Assembly: GCA_045222295.1 (NCBI GenBank)
Contig: JBGUXP010000011.1
Coordinates: forward strand, 21,643 to 85,642
Reading direction: 5' to 3'
Source of the DNA: Bacteroidales bacterium
Lineage (GTDB): Bacteria; Bacteroidota; Bacteroidia; Bacteroidales; P3
Length of the DNA stretch: 64,000 bases
The notes under the pieces are model-generated. The model was not told where the DNA came from, did no database searches, and saw nothing but the letters and a program-made list of their open reading frames with translations. Below are positions 17,628-25,539 of the stretch, piece by piece (position 1 is the stretch's first letter; each line of letters begins with the position of its first letter). The translations under genes and the position numbers were made by a program.

Positions 17628-18494
17628 ATGAAACTCAATATTACCAAACCGCCAAAGGTCAATATGAGCGGCAACGGCAACGGCTTCTGGAAACAGCTGG
17701 GCATGCTCGTTCTTGGCACCACCATTTCGTTAGTGTTCACCGTTGTAGCATCCAAGTTGGTCGAGAACCACCAACGCGCCAAGGACCGCTACCTCTCGGC
17801 GATGATGGTGATGAGCAACATCGAACAATTTGCCCGCCTGATGGACTATTATGCGGAATTCTTGGCCTCGACCGACAGCGTCTGCACGTGGCTACTCAGC
17901 AAGCCCATAGAAGAGTTGGAATTACTACCCGAAAAGGAACTGACGGACCTTATTTACCAGGCTATCCCCTCATTTTGGGTAACCTACGACAAATCAACGG
18001 AACGCATCTTTTCCAACAACATCGACACATGGAAAAATATGGGGAACGTTCAGTTTATTGACAATGTGGGAAAATGTTTTTCTAGCATGAACTCGACCGA
18101 GGAATATTGGAACGATTATTCAAACGAAGTATTAAAGGCTCAGGATTATATCTTAGAGCATCCCGATGAATTTGAGGGCAGTTCCAGTCGCATAAAAATG
18201 CTTCGTAATGCAAAAATAAGGCAGCACATGAAGAATTCTCACACCGACATGCTTTGGTTTGCATATACGGCGGCCTACATACGACACCTCAACAGTAAAA
18301 ACATGGCAGCCATCGGCATTAGCAAACAGGAGGTGATGGATTATACCGACAATCGAAATATTGACCCTAACGTCTCAGAGGATATTCCCAACAAGAACGA
18401 TTACAATACCCCTCGCATCAATCCCGCTAACCTGACATCCTCCACCTTTAAGGCCCTCGACGCTCACCTCGACAGTATAGTACAACATAAATAA
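17628..18494 (+). CDS. Hypothetical membrane-anchored protein
   Basis: Start MKLNITK lies downstream of the -7 box; one N-terminal TM helix (LGMLVLGTTISLVFTVVASKL); lower GC than neighbours; no motif recognised. Confidence 0.55.
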   Translation: MKLNITKPPKVNMSGNGNGFWKQLGMLVLGTTISLVFTVVASKLVENHQRAKDRYLSAMMVMSNIEQFARLMDYYAEFLASTDSVCTWLLSKPIEELELLPEKELTDLIYQAIPSFWVTYDKSTERIFSNNIDTWKNMGNVQFIDNVGKCFSSMNSTEEYWNDYSNEVLKAQDYILEHPDEFEGSSSRIKMLRNAKIRQHMKNSHTDMLWFAYTAAYIRHLNSKNMAAIGISKQEVMDYTDNRNIDPNVSEDIPNKNDYNTPRINPANLTSSTFKALDAHLDSIVQHK

Positions 18495-18503
18495 CAACAC
18501 AAT

Positions 18504-19928
18504 ATGACAAAGAAGTATTTAGCATTAGCCCTTGGCACCATGCTCGTCTGCGGTGGCGCTATGGCTCAGAAGAAACAGACTGCACAACAGGACAATGGCG
18601 GCATCACTCCTGAAATGATGCAGCAGATGAAAAAAGGATTCGGCGGCAACGCCAGCGACAAGGCGCTGCGCAACATCATGGTCAACAATGCCCCCAACAA
18701 GCTGGCCATGAACTATGAGAACACCACCAAGTTCGACTCGCACTTCTCGAACCGCGTGGAGAGCAAGGCCGTAACCGACCAGAAGAGCAGCGGTCGCTGC
18801 TGGATGTTCACCGGCATGAACGTGCTGCGCAACCAGGCCATCCGCAAGCATAACCTGCCCGACAACTTCCAGTTCTCGCAGGCCTACCTTTTCTTCTATG
18901 ATCAGCTGGAGAAGAGCAACCTCTTCCTTCAGGCCATGATCGACACCTACAAGAAGTCCATGACCGACCAGGAGGTGGAATGGCTCTTCAAGAACCCCAT
19001 CGGCGATGGCGGCCAGTTCACCGGCGTGGCCAACCTCATCGACAAATACGGACTTGTGCCCAGCGACGTGATGCCCGAAACCTACAACACCAACAACACC
19101 TCTAGCATCAGCAACCTGTTGGCCCTCAAGCTCCGCGAGGATGGCCTCCAGCTGCGCGAGATGGCCGCTCAGAAGGGCATGTCCCCCACCAAGCTGCAGG
19201 CCAAGAAGACCGAGATGCTCGGCACCATCTACCGCATGCTGGCCCTCACCTTCGGCGAGCCTCCCGCACAGTTCACCTGGCAGCAGAAGAACGCCAAGGG
19301 CGAGATAGTGGAGACCGCCACCTACACTCCCAAGGAGTTCTACGAGAAGTTCGCCAAGACCGATTTTTCCAAGTACTACATGGTGATGAACGACCCCACC
19401 CGCGAGTACTACAAAGTGTACGAGATTCAGTACGACCGCCACGTCTACGACGGCCAGAACTGGCGCTACCTCAACCTGCCCATGGAGGACATCGCCCCCA
19501 TGTGCATTGCCTCAATCAAAGACAGCACCATGATGTACTTCAGCTGCGACGTGGGAAAATTCCTCAACCGCGACAACGGCCTGATGGACATGAACAATTA
19601 CGACTACGAGAGTCTTATGGGCACCACCTTCGGCATGGATAAGAAGCAGCGCGTGGCCACCTTCGCCAGCGGCTCCTCGCACGCCATGACCCTCTGCGCC
19701 GTCGACCTCGACAAGGACGGCAAGCCCGTGAAGTGGATGGTTGAGAACAGCTGGGGCCCCAACTACGGCTGGCAGGGCAACCTCATCATGACCAACGACT
19801 GGTTCAACGAGTACATGTTCCGCGTCGTCCTCGAGGAGAAATATATCCCCACCAACATCCGCGCCATGATGGACCAGAAACCCATCATGCTCCCCGCCTG
19901 GGACCCGATGTTTTCCCCGGAGGAATAG
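18504..19928 (+). CDS. pepC: Aminopeptidase C / bleomycin hydrolase-like C1B cysteine peptidase, with a signal peptide
   Basis: QKSSGRCWMF catalytic Cys motif; HAMTLCAV; VENSWG. Confidence 0.9.
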   Translation: MTKKYLALALGTMLVCGGAMAQKKQTAQQDNGGITPEMMQQMKKGFGGNASDKALRNIMVNNAPNKLAMNYENTTKFDSHFSNRVESKAVTDQKSSGRCWMFTGMNVLRNQAIRKHNLPDNFQFSQAYLFFYDQLEKSNLFLQAMIDTYKKSMTDQEVEWLFKNPIGDGGQFTGVANLIDKYGLVPSDVMPETYNTNNTSSISNLLALKLREDGLQLREMAAQKGMSPTKLQAKKTEMLGTIYRMLALTFGEPPAQFTWQQKNAKGEIVETATYTPKEFYEKFAKTDFSKYYMVMNDPTREYYKVYEIQYDRHVYDGQNWRYLNLPMEDIAPMCIASIKDSTMMYFSCDVGKFLNRDNGLMDMNNYDYESLMGTTFGMDKKQRVATFASGSSHAMTLCAVDLDKDGKPVKWMVENSWGPNYGWQGNLIMTNDWFNEYMFRVVLEEKYIPTNIRAMMDQKPIMLPAWDPMFSPEE

Positions 19929-19953
19929 GCCTGTTCTTTGCGTCCTACAATAT

Positions 19954-19988
19954 AAAAGCCGAGACCTATAAATAGTCTCGGCTTTTTG
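19954..19988 (+). terminator. Rho-independent terminator after pepC
   Basis: Stem AAGCCGAGAC/GTCTCGGCTT followed by a T-run. Confidence 0.7.
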
Positions 19989-20008
19989 TATCGATGAATG
20001 CTCACATA

Positions 20009-20902
20009 TTACATTTCATTGCTTCCCAAAAAAGATATTCTGCGTAATGGTAGCATATTCTTATCCTCATCTGACATCTTGTTATAGTATTGTTGCCACA
20101 GAGTGATAAATTCATCTCCATCTATCAATTTTACATATTCTTTACTGGTGATGGCTTCTTGCTTTGCAGCAGGAGAGAATGTCCCTGAAGTTACAAACAA
20201 CCCGATGTCTCCATCACGTAAAATACCCACTAGACTTCTGATTTCTTTTACTCCAATAGGATTATCTGGATAATGTTTTACTTGGACCTTAATTCTCGGC
20301 GTTTTCGCCCCAAGGGGATCAACATATGCAATCACATCTATACCACCATCTCTACCTCGAGGAGCGATGAACGGAGTATGATAGTCCATTGCACGAAGTA
20401 GTGCTGCTACAAGATCTTGAAATTCGTAAGCGTTTTTCTTCCGAATGTAATCTCTGATACCAGATAGAGCCTGTTCCTCTAATTCTTCCAAATTGATGAT
20501 ATTTTCTTTTATTTCTTCATCGGGAATCACATCGTCAATTTCCTTTTGAGGTTGTTCTGAACGCCATTTTCGATAAGCCGCATTAGCAATTTCCAACATC
20601 TTTTCTGCTCCCAACTTCGTCATAGCTACCTCTCCGTCAGTGGTAATGTACCAAACTGAGTTTTTCTTAATAAGATACCCTGCCTTACAGTAATCCACTG
20701 ACGTAAATTGCATAATACTATGCCATCGCACATTTGTAGCAGATGTGATTTCAAGTTCCCATGGGGAGAACGAAACTCTTTTCTCAACCTCTTCTTTTAT
20801 GTTTTTTGCAGGTAGACCTCCTCCGTTTTCTTTGATGGCTTGTAATGCAGCAAACATAGTCTTCGCTGCCGATAAAAACGATTTTGATTTTGTCTTTTCC
20901 AT
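20009..20902 (-). CDS. mrr: Mrr-type restriction endonuclease (type IV; Mrr_N winged helix plus Mrr_cat PD-(D/E)xK)
   Basis: C-terminal half has ..GRDGGIDVIAY..(x)..IKVQVKHY.., the Mrr catalytic D..D/E-x-K pattern; strongly AT-rich relative to the flanks. Confidence 0.85.
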   Translation of the reverse strand: MEKTKSKSFLSAAKTMFAALQAIKENGGGLPAKNIKEEVEKRVSFSPWELEITSATNVRWHSIMQFTSVDYCKAGYLIKKNSVWYITTDGEVAMTKLGAEKMLEIANAAYRKWRSEQPQKEIDDVIPDEEIKENIINLEELEEQALSGIRDYIRKKNAYEFQDLVAALLRAMDYHTPFIAPRGRDGGIDVIAYVDPLGAKTPRIKVQVKHYPDNPIGVKEIRSLVGILRDGDIGLFVTSGTFSPAAKQEAITSKEYVKLIDGDEFITLWQQYYNKMSDEDKNMLPLRRISFLGSNEM

Positions 20903-20924
20903 AAAGTCGGATTTCTTTCGACTG

Positions 20925-20932
20925 CAAAATTA
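20925..20932 (-). promoter_or_regulatory. -7 box TAATTTTG for mrr
   Basis: TAnnTTTG match on the minus strand, 23 nt upstream of the ATG. Confidence 0.45.
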
Positions 20933-20994
20933 CGCAAACTTTCTTGTCCTGCCAAATTTATTTTCTATTGGTCGACATTACCATACTTATTGTA

Positions 20995-21028
20995 TAAAAA
21001 AATCAGCCGTGGGAGTGCTCCCACGGCT
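20995..21028 (-). terminator. Terminator of the 21056-21664 gene
   Basis: Stem AGCCGTGGGA/TCCCACGGCT followed by a T-run on the minus strand. Confidence 0.65.
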
Positions 21029-21055
21029 AAACATATCTAAGCGAGGTCAATGTAG

Positions 21056-21664
21056 CTATTCATCGCGTTTGGTCTTGAACCACTCGACGAACTTGGGCAG
21101 GTCGTCGAGTGGCTGGAAGCCGGCTTTGAAAGGCTCGGCGGGTACAGGGACAGTCTCCATGTAGCCAATGAGGGTGGCACAATCGAACTCACCCATTAGA
21201 GCCTCGAGCGTCACATAGACTCCCACCTGGAAGTCCTCATCCTGACGCTGGCCGTCTTCAACGGCGATGCGGAGACCCAGCATTTCGGGTTCCTCCTCAC
21301 ATTCCAGCTGCTGAAAATACATCTTTCGGGTATCAAAGATCATCTTGTCGAAGCGCACCTTCAGCTCGGTGCCCATGGGTTGTTTGAAAGCCACAAACTC
21401 CCACCAATCGAGGTCGGGAGCGTTGTCGACAAGCTCCACGACATAGCGGAAGAGGTCGGTATCGCCCTCGGCGGTGAAAGTGAGGGTACGGCCGTTGGCT
21501 GTGGCATCACCTATCTCGTAGGTGAGGCCGTCACAGTATTTGGTCAGTTGGTACTGCAGGGCGTTCTCCAACTGCTCGCGCTGCTTGTCCTCAAGGTCAC
21601 CCATGGAGACCAGTTCTTCGTTATGGTCAACAAACCACTTCCAAAAATTCTCTACTTTTTCCAT
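21056..21664 (-). CDS. Hypothetical acidic cytoplasmic protein
   Basis: 202-aa ORF with native-like GC and its own terminator; no motif recognised. Confidence 0.6.
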   Translation of the reverse strand: MEKVENFWKWFVDHNEELVSMGDLEDKQREQLENALQYQLTKYCDGLTYEIGDATANGRTLTFTAEGDTDLFRYVVELVDNAPDLDWWEFVAFKQPMGTELKVRFDKMIFDTRKMYFQQLECEEEPEMLGLRIAVEDGQRQDEDFQVGVYVTLEALMGEFDCATLIGYMETVPVPAEPFKAGFQPLDDLPKFVEWFKTKRDE

Positions 21665-21676
21665 ATTCTTTTTTTT

Positions 21677-21740
21677 CTCAATCAGAACTAAAAGAACAAA
21701 AAGAGATTTTTCTGATAGTTCTGATGGTTCTGATTGGGGA
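21677..21740. repeat. Intergenic repeat, family B, copy 1 (TCAATCAGAACTAAAAGAAC core plus 3 x TTCTGATNG)
   Basis: Shares a 20-nt core with 43268-43289. CAATCAGAAC/GTTCTGATTG are inverted ends. A 9-nt tandem repeat lies at 21710-21736. Confidence 0.7.
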
Positions 21741-22859
21741 TTAAATTATTATTGCCTCGGGTTCTAACTGAACGCCGAATTTATCTTTCACATCTTGTTG
21801 TATTGCTTGCGCGAGAGCCACCACCTCGCCGCCTGAGCAGCCACCGGCATTGTATAGCACCAGCGCATTTTGGGGCCACACCCCTGCCCTACCTTGCGTG
21901 CGTCCCTTCCATCCCGCACGGTCGATAAGCCAGCCTGCAGAAAGCTTATATCCGTTACACACTCCTCCACCCTTCGGGTTCCCCTCCCCTAACTTAGGGG
22001 AGGAACTGTTGCCGCAACCACAACTATCCAACTGTTCCCCTAAGTTAGGGGAGCAGTCAACACAACGTGTTGACTGAGGATTGTGTACCCCGTGGGCCTC
22101 GGGCATATCGGGATATTCTTGCTTGATACGGAGGTATGTCGATTCTTCCACCACGGGATTTTTAAAGAAACTGCCTGCAGAGCCATGCTCCTCGGGTTTC
22201 GGGAGCTTTCCCCAACGGAGGTCGATGATGGCATCGCGAAACTGCTGCGCCGTGGCGTGGGGCAGTCCTTCAAGTGCCTTGTAGCTTAGATTACGAACGA
22301 ACGTGCGGCTGAGACGGAATGACACCCTTAGAATCAAGTAGCGACCCGGCTGTTCCTTGAACATCGACTGGCGGTAAGCAAAACGGCAGTCGGCATTGCT
22401 GAACGAGCAGCGACGATGCTCCACGAGGTCGTAGGCTTCCACACGCTCGATAAAATCCTTGGCTTCGGCACCGTATGCACCCACGTTCTGCACTGCCGAC
22501 GCGCCCACGGTGCCGGGAATGGCCGAGAGGTTCTCCAGGCCATAGAAACCTTGGTCGAGCGTCCACTGCACCAAGTCGTCCATCACCATGCCGCCCCAGG
22601 CGGAAATTGTTGATAGTTGGTAGTTGATAGTTGGTAGTTGATAGTTACGACCAAGCGTTATGACGGTGCCGTCATAATCCTTGGTGAACACCATGTTACT
22701 GCCGCCACCAAGAATCAACATCCTCACTTCATCCTCCCTCTCCGAGGGGGGCAGGGTGTTTACATCCTCCTCATTCTCAATCACCACCAGTCGGCGTGCC
22801 TTGACGTCGATACCGAAGGTGCAGAAGTCCTTCAACGAAATATCTTCGTAAATCTTCAT
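21741..22859 (-). CDS. murB: UDP-N-acetylenolpyruvoylglucosamine reductase MurB, carrying repeat-derived in-frame insertions
   Basis: FAD-binding N-terminus (LILGGGSN), GSFFKNP, C-terminal SAGWLID and NALVLYN motifs. The 372 aa looks longer than I would expect for a MurB because of the inserts. Confidence 0.93.
   Translation of the reverse strand: MKIYEDISLKDFCTFGIDVKARRLVVIENEEDVNTLPPSEREDEVRMLILGGGSNMVFTKDYDGTVITLGRNYQLPTINYQLSTISAWGGMVMDDLVQWTLDQGFYGLENLSAIPGTVGASAVQNVGAYGAEAKDFIERVEAYDLVEHRRCSFSNADCRFAYRQSMFKEQPGRYLILRVSFRLSRTFVRNLSYKALEGLPHATAQQFRDAIIDLRWGKLPKPEEHGSAGSFFKNPVVEESTYLRIKQEYPDMPEAHGVHNPQSTRCVDCSPNLGEQLDSCGCGNSSSPKLGEGNPKGGGVCNGYKLSAGWLIDRAGWKGRTQGRAGVWPQNALVLYNAGGCSGGEVVALAQAIQQDVKDKFGVQLEPEAIII
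21981..22076. repeat. Palindromic element, family C, copy in murB (two CCCCTAASTTAGGGG palindromes plus a GTCAACAC hairpin)
   Basis: CTCCCCTAACTTAGGGGAG at 21984-22002; TCCCCTAAGTTAGGGGA at 22036-22052; GTCAACACAACGTGTTGAC at 22056-22074. The same termini occur at 42879-42955. Confidence 0.85.
22607..22648. repeat. Heptanucleotide tandem repeat (TAGTTGR x6) in-frame in murB
   Basis: TTGTTGA TAGTTGG TAGTTGA TAGTTGG TAGTTGA TAGTTAC, 42 nt in total. Encodes NYQLPTINYQLSTI. Confidence 0.85.
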
Positions 22860-24286
22860 TTGTCGTTTTCTTTGGGTCCCATTTCCTTGCGTGGACGGCG
22901 TTCCTTGGGGACATAGTCCATACGGAAGACTTGGCGATGGGTCAACAATAATATGGCGCTGAGTACAGCACCCAGCACATCACAGATAGCGCAGGCCTGC
23001 CATACTCCAGTCACGCCATCGCCATCATTGAAATCGAGCAAAAGACTCGGCAAAATGAGCGACAGCGGAATAAGGAAGATGACCTGTCGCGAGAGGCTGG
23101 TCACGATGGCTATCCACGGCTGGTCTATCGATTGGAAGAGCTGCGAGTTGGTCACCGTGAATGCAATCAACGGGCAGAAGACCAACAGATAGCGTAATGC
23201 CGGTGCGCCCATGGTGAGAATTTCAGGTTCTGAATTGAAGAATCCGATGATGGTTCGCGGAAAGATGAGTGCCATCGCCATTCCAATGATGCCTATGAGA
23301 ACACATATCTTCATTGTAAGGAGATAGACCTCCCGCAAGCGGTCGTTGCGACGGGCGCCGTAGTTATAGCCCGCGATGGGCTGCATGGCCTGACAGAGGC
23401 CCAGCAGTACCATAAAGACTAACCCCATGAATGAATTGGCAGCACCATACACCGTCATCGCATCGTCACCTCCGAAACGAATAAGCTGACGATTGAGTAC
23501 AGCCACCACAGCGAAAGCAGCGAAGTTCATCGAGAAAGGACTGATACCGATGGCCAAAATATTGCGGAAGATGTAGAATTTGGGAGCCCACGCGTGACGT
23601 TTAAATCGGATGAACGAATGAGGCTGCACAAAATGGAGCACCGCTACCGCAGCCGATGCCGCCATCGAGATGGTCGTGGCCCATGCGGCCCCCTTCATAC
23701 CCCACCCCATCTCACAGATGAAGAGGTAGTCGAGCAGGATGTTCAGCACTGCACCGCCTACCATAATCCACATACCCTTCATCGGGTAACCGGAAGAGCG
23801 TATGAGTCCTACCAAGTTGAAAGTTACCGTCAGAAGGAACATTCCGGGCAGCACGATATACATGTACTCACAAGCCGCGTCGAGTACCGACGACGAAGCA
23901 CCATCGGCGAAAAGATTCATAATGGGGTGCATCCAAAGGTAACCACCCACGACAAAGATAACACCGAAGAGGAAAGTCAGCAACATACTGTTGCCTAATA
24001 TCTTCTCCGCCCAGCGAACATCCTTGCGTCCCAGCACAATACTCATGCGGGCACTCGAACCGGCACCCACTAGCGAACCGAAGGCATGGATAATGTTCAT
24101 CAGCGGGAACGTGATGGTCAACGCCGCCAACAGCATCTTTCCATCACCGATACTATTACCCAAAAAGATTCGGTCGACAATATTGTATATCGATGTCACC
24201 ACCTGGCTTGCCACTGCAGGCAGCGCATACTGCCACAGCAACTTACCCATGGGCTTGGTTTCCAGTTCGCGAATGTCGTTATCCAT
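22856..24286 (-). CDS. MATE family efflux transporter
   Basis: 476 aa, 12 TM segments, N-terminal LLWQYALPAV..IYNIVDRIFLG pattern. Confidence 0.9.
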   Translation of the reverse strand: MDNDIRELETKPMGKLLWQYALPAVASQVVTSIYNIVDRIFLGNSIGDGKMLLAALTITFPLMNIIHAFGSLVGAGSSARMSIVLGRKDVRWAEKILGNSMLLTFLFGVIFVVGGYLWMHPIMNLFADGASSSVLDAACEYMYIVLPGMFLLTVTFNLVGLIRSSGYPMKGMWIMVGGAVLNILLDYLFICEMGWGMKGAAWATTISMAASAAVAVLHFVQPHSFIRFKRHAWAPKFYIFRNILAIGISPFSMNFAAFAVVAVLNRQLIRFGGDDAMTVYGAANSFMGLVFMVLLGLCQAMQPIAGYNYGARRNDRLREVYLLTMKICVLIGIIGMAMALIFPRTIIGFFNSEPEILTMGAPALRYLLVFCPLIAFTVTNSQLFQSIDQPWIAIVTSLSRQVIFLIPLSLILPSLLLDFNDGDGVTGVWQACAICDVLGAVLSAILLLTHRQVFRMDYVPKERRPRKEMGPKENDK

Positions 24287-24321
24287 CTTTCCAAGTAGTT
24301 AAGTAGACTGTAGATAAGTAG

Positions 24322-25539
24322 TTATGACAATACCCTCTTTATCTTGTTTTGAAGCGCCGTAATAGCATTGTAGGCGATGAGACCGTTGGCCAACTCAAGG
24401 CTGCGCTCATCAACCATCAGGTTAGGACGGTGGAGGTTCGAGAAGGGTGTTCCTGGCTCGTGGATGCCGATACGGAAATAGCACGACGGTATTTTCTGTC
24501 CGAAGAAAGCAAAGTCTTCTGCTGTCATGCGAAGGTCGAGCCACTCGACATTTTCCTCACCAAGGTACGCGCAAGCATTGTCATGCACCTGCTGGGTACA
24601 GTCGTCATCATTGATAACAGGAGGATAACCATAGTCGATAAAGAGGTCGCATTCGGCGCCCATAGCCTCGGCAACACCACAGCTAATCTTGCGAATACGC
24701 TCATGAGCATCGAGACGCCACTGAGGGTCAAAAGTGCGGATAATACCCTCCATCTTCACCGTGTCGGGAATGATGTTGGTACGGCCGCCCTCTTCCTGTA
24801 TTTTCCCAATGGTGAGCACCGTGGGCATCATGGGAGCAGCGTTGCGAGAGACCACCTGCTGCAGAGCGATGACAATATGGCTAGCCACCACGATGGGGTC
24901 GACGCTAAGATGAGGGGTAGCTCCGTGACCACCCTTGCCTTTTACCGTCCAATAGAGTTCATCGGTGGAGGCCATATAACGGCCCTTCTTCATCCCCACC
25001 TTGCCGAAGTCCATTTCCGGCAGACAATGGAAAGAGTAAATCTCGTTGGGCATCACCTCATCGAAGAGGCCATCCTCCATCATCATGCGAGCACCGCCAG
25101 GGTATTTCTCCTCGCTGGGCTCAAAGATGAACATCAGGCTGCCGTGCAGTTGATCTTTCAGTTGGATGAGAATCTTGATGGCACCCAGCAGCGAACAGGT
25201 ATGCATGTCATGTCCGCAGGCGTGCATAACGCCGGGATTCTCGCTAGCAAAAGGCAAACCCGTGCATTCTGTGATGGGCAGTGCGTCGTAGTCCGAACGC
25301 AATGCCACACAATAGCTGTCGGAATCGACACCACCGCGCAACATGGCCATCACGCCAGTCTTGCCGATACCGGTCTTGGGCTGCAGACCCATCTCACGCA
25401 GTCGTTCTGCCACGAACTCCATCGTGCCGTACTCCTCCTGAGAGAGGTCCGGGTGCCGATGCATCCAGCGTCGCCACTCGATGACCTCCTCCCGTTGTGC
25501 GTGAGCCAACTGTTTGATTTTATCTATCAGGTTCTCCAT
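24322..25539 (-). CDS. M20D family amidohydrolase (N-acyl-amino acid amidohydrolase/hippuricase-like)
   Basis: HACGHD motif, WRRWMHRHPDLS N-terminus, M20 dimerisation insert. Confidence 0.88.
   Translation of the reverse strand: MENLIDKIKQLAHAQREEVIEWRRWMHRHPDLSQEEYGTMEFVAERLREMGLQPKTGIGKTGVMAMLRGGVDSDSYCVALRSDYDALPITECTGLPFASENPGVMHACGHDMHTCSLLGAIKILIQLKDQLHGSLMFIFEPSEEKYPGGARMMMEDGLFDEVMPNEIYSFHCLPEMDFGKVGMKKGRYMASTDELYWTVKGKGGHGATPHLSVDPIVVASHIVIALQQVVSRNAAPMMPTVLTIGKIQEEGGRTNIIPDTVKMEGIIRTFDPQWRLDAHERIRKISCGVAEAMGAECDLFIDYGYPPVINDDDCTQQVHDNACAYLGEENVEWLDLRMTAEDFAFFGQKIPSCYFRIGIHEPGTPFSNLHRPNLMVDERSLELANGLIAYNAITALQNKIKRVLS

Noticed and set aside
20009-21664. Mrr plus the adjacent 202-aa hypothetical as a two-gene defence system
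   Set aside because: The two genes differ sharply in GC content. They are separated by a terminator and a separate promoter box, so there is no evidence of co-transcription or functional coupling.
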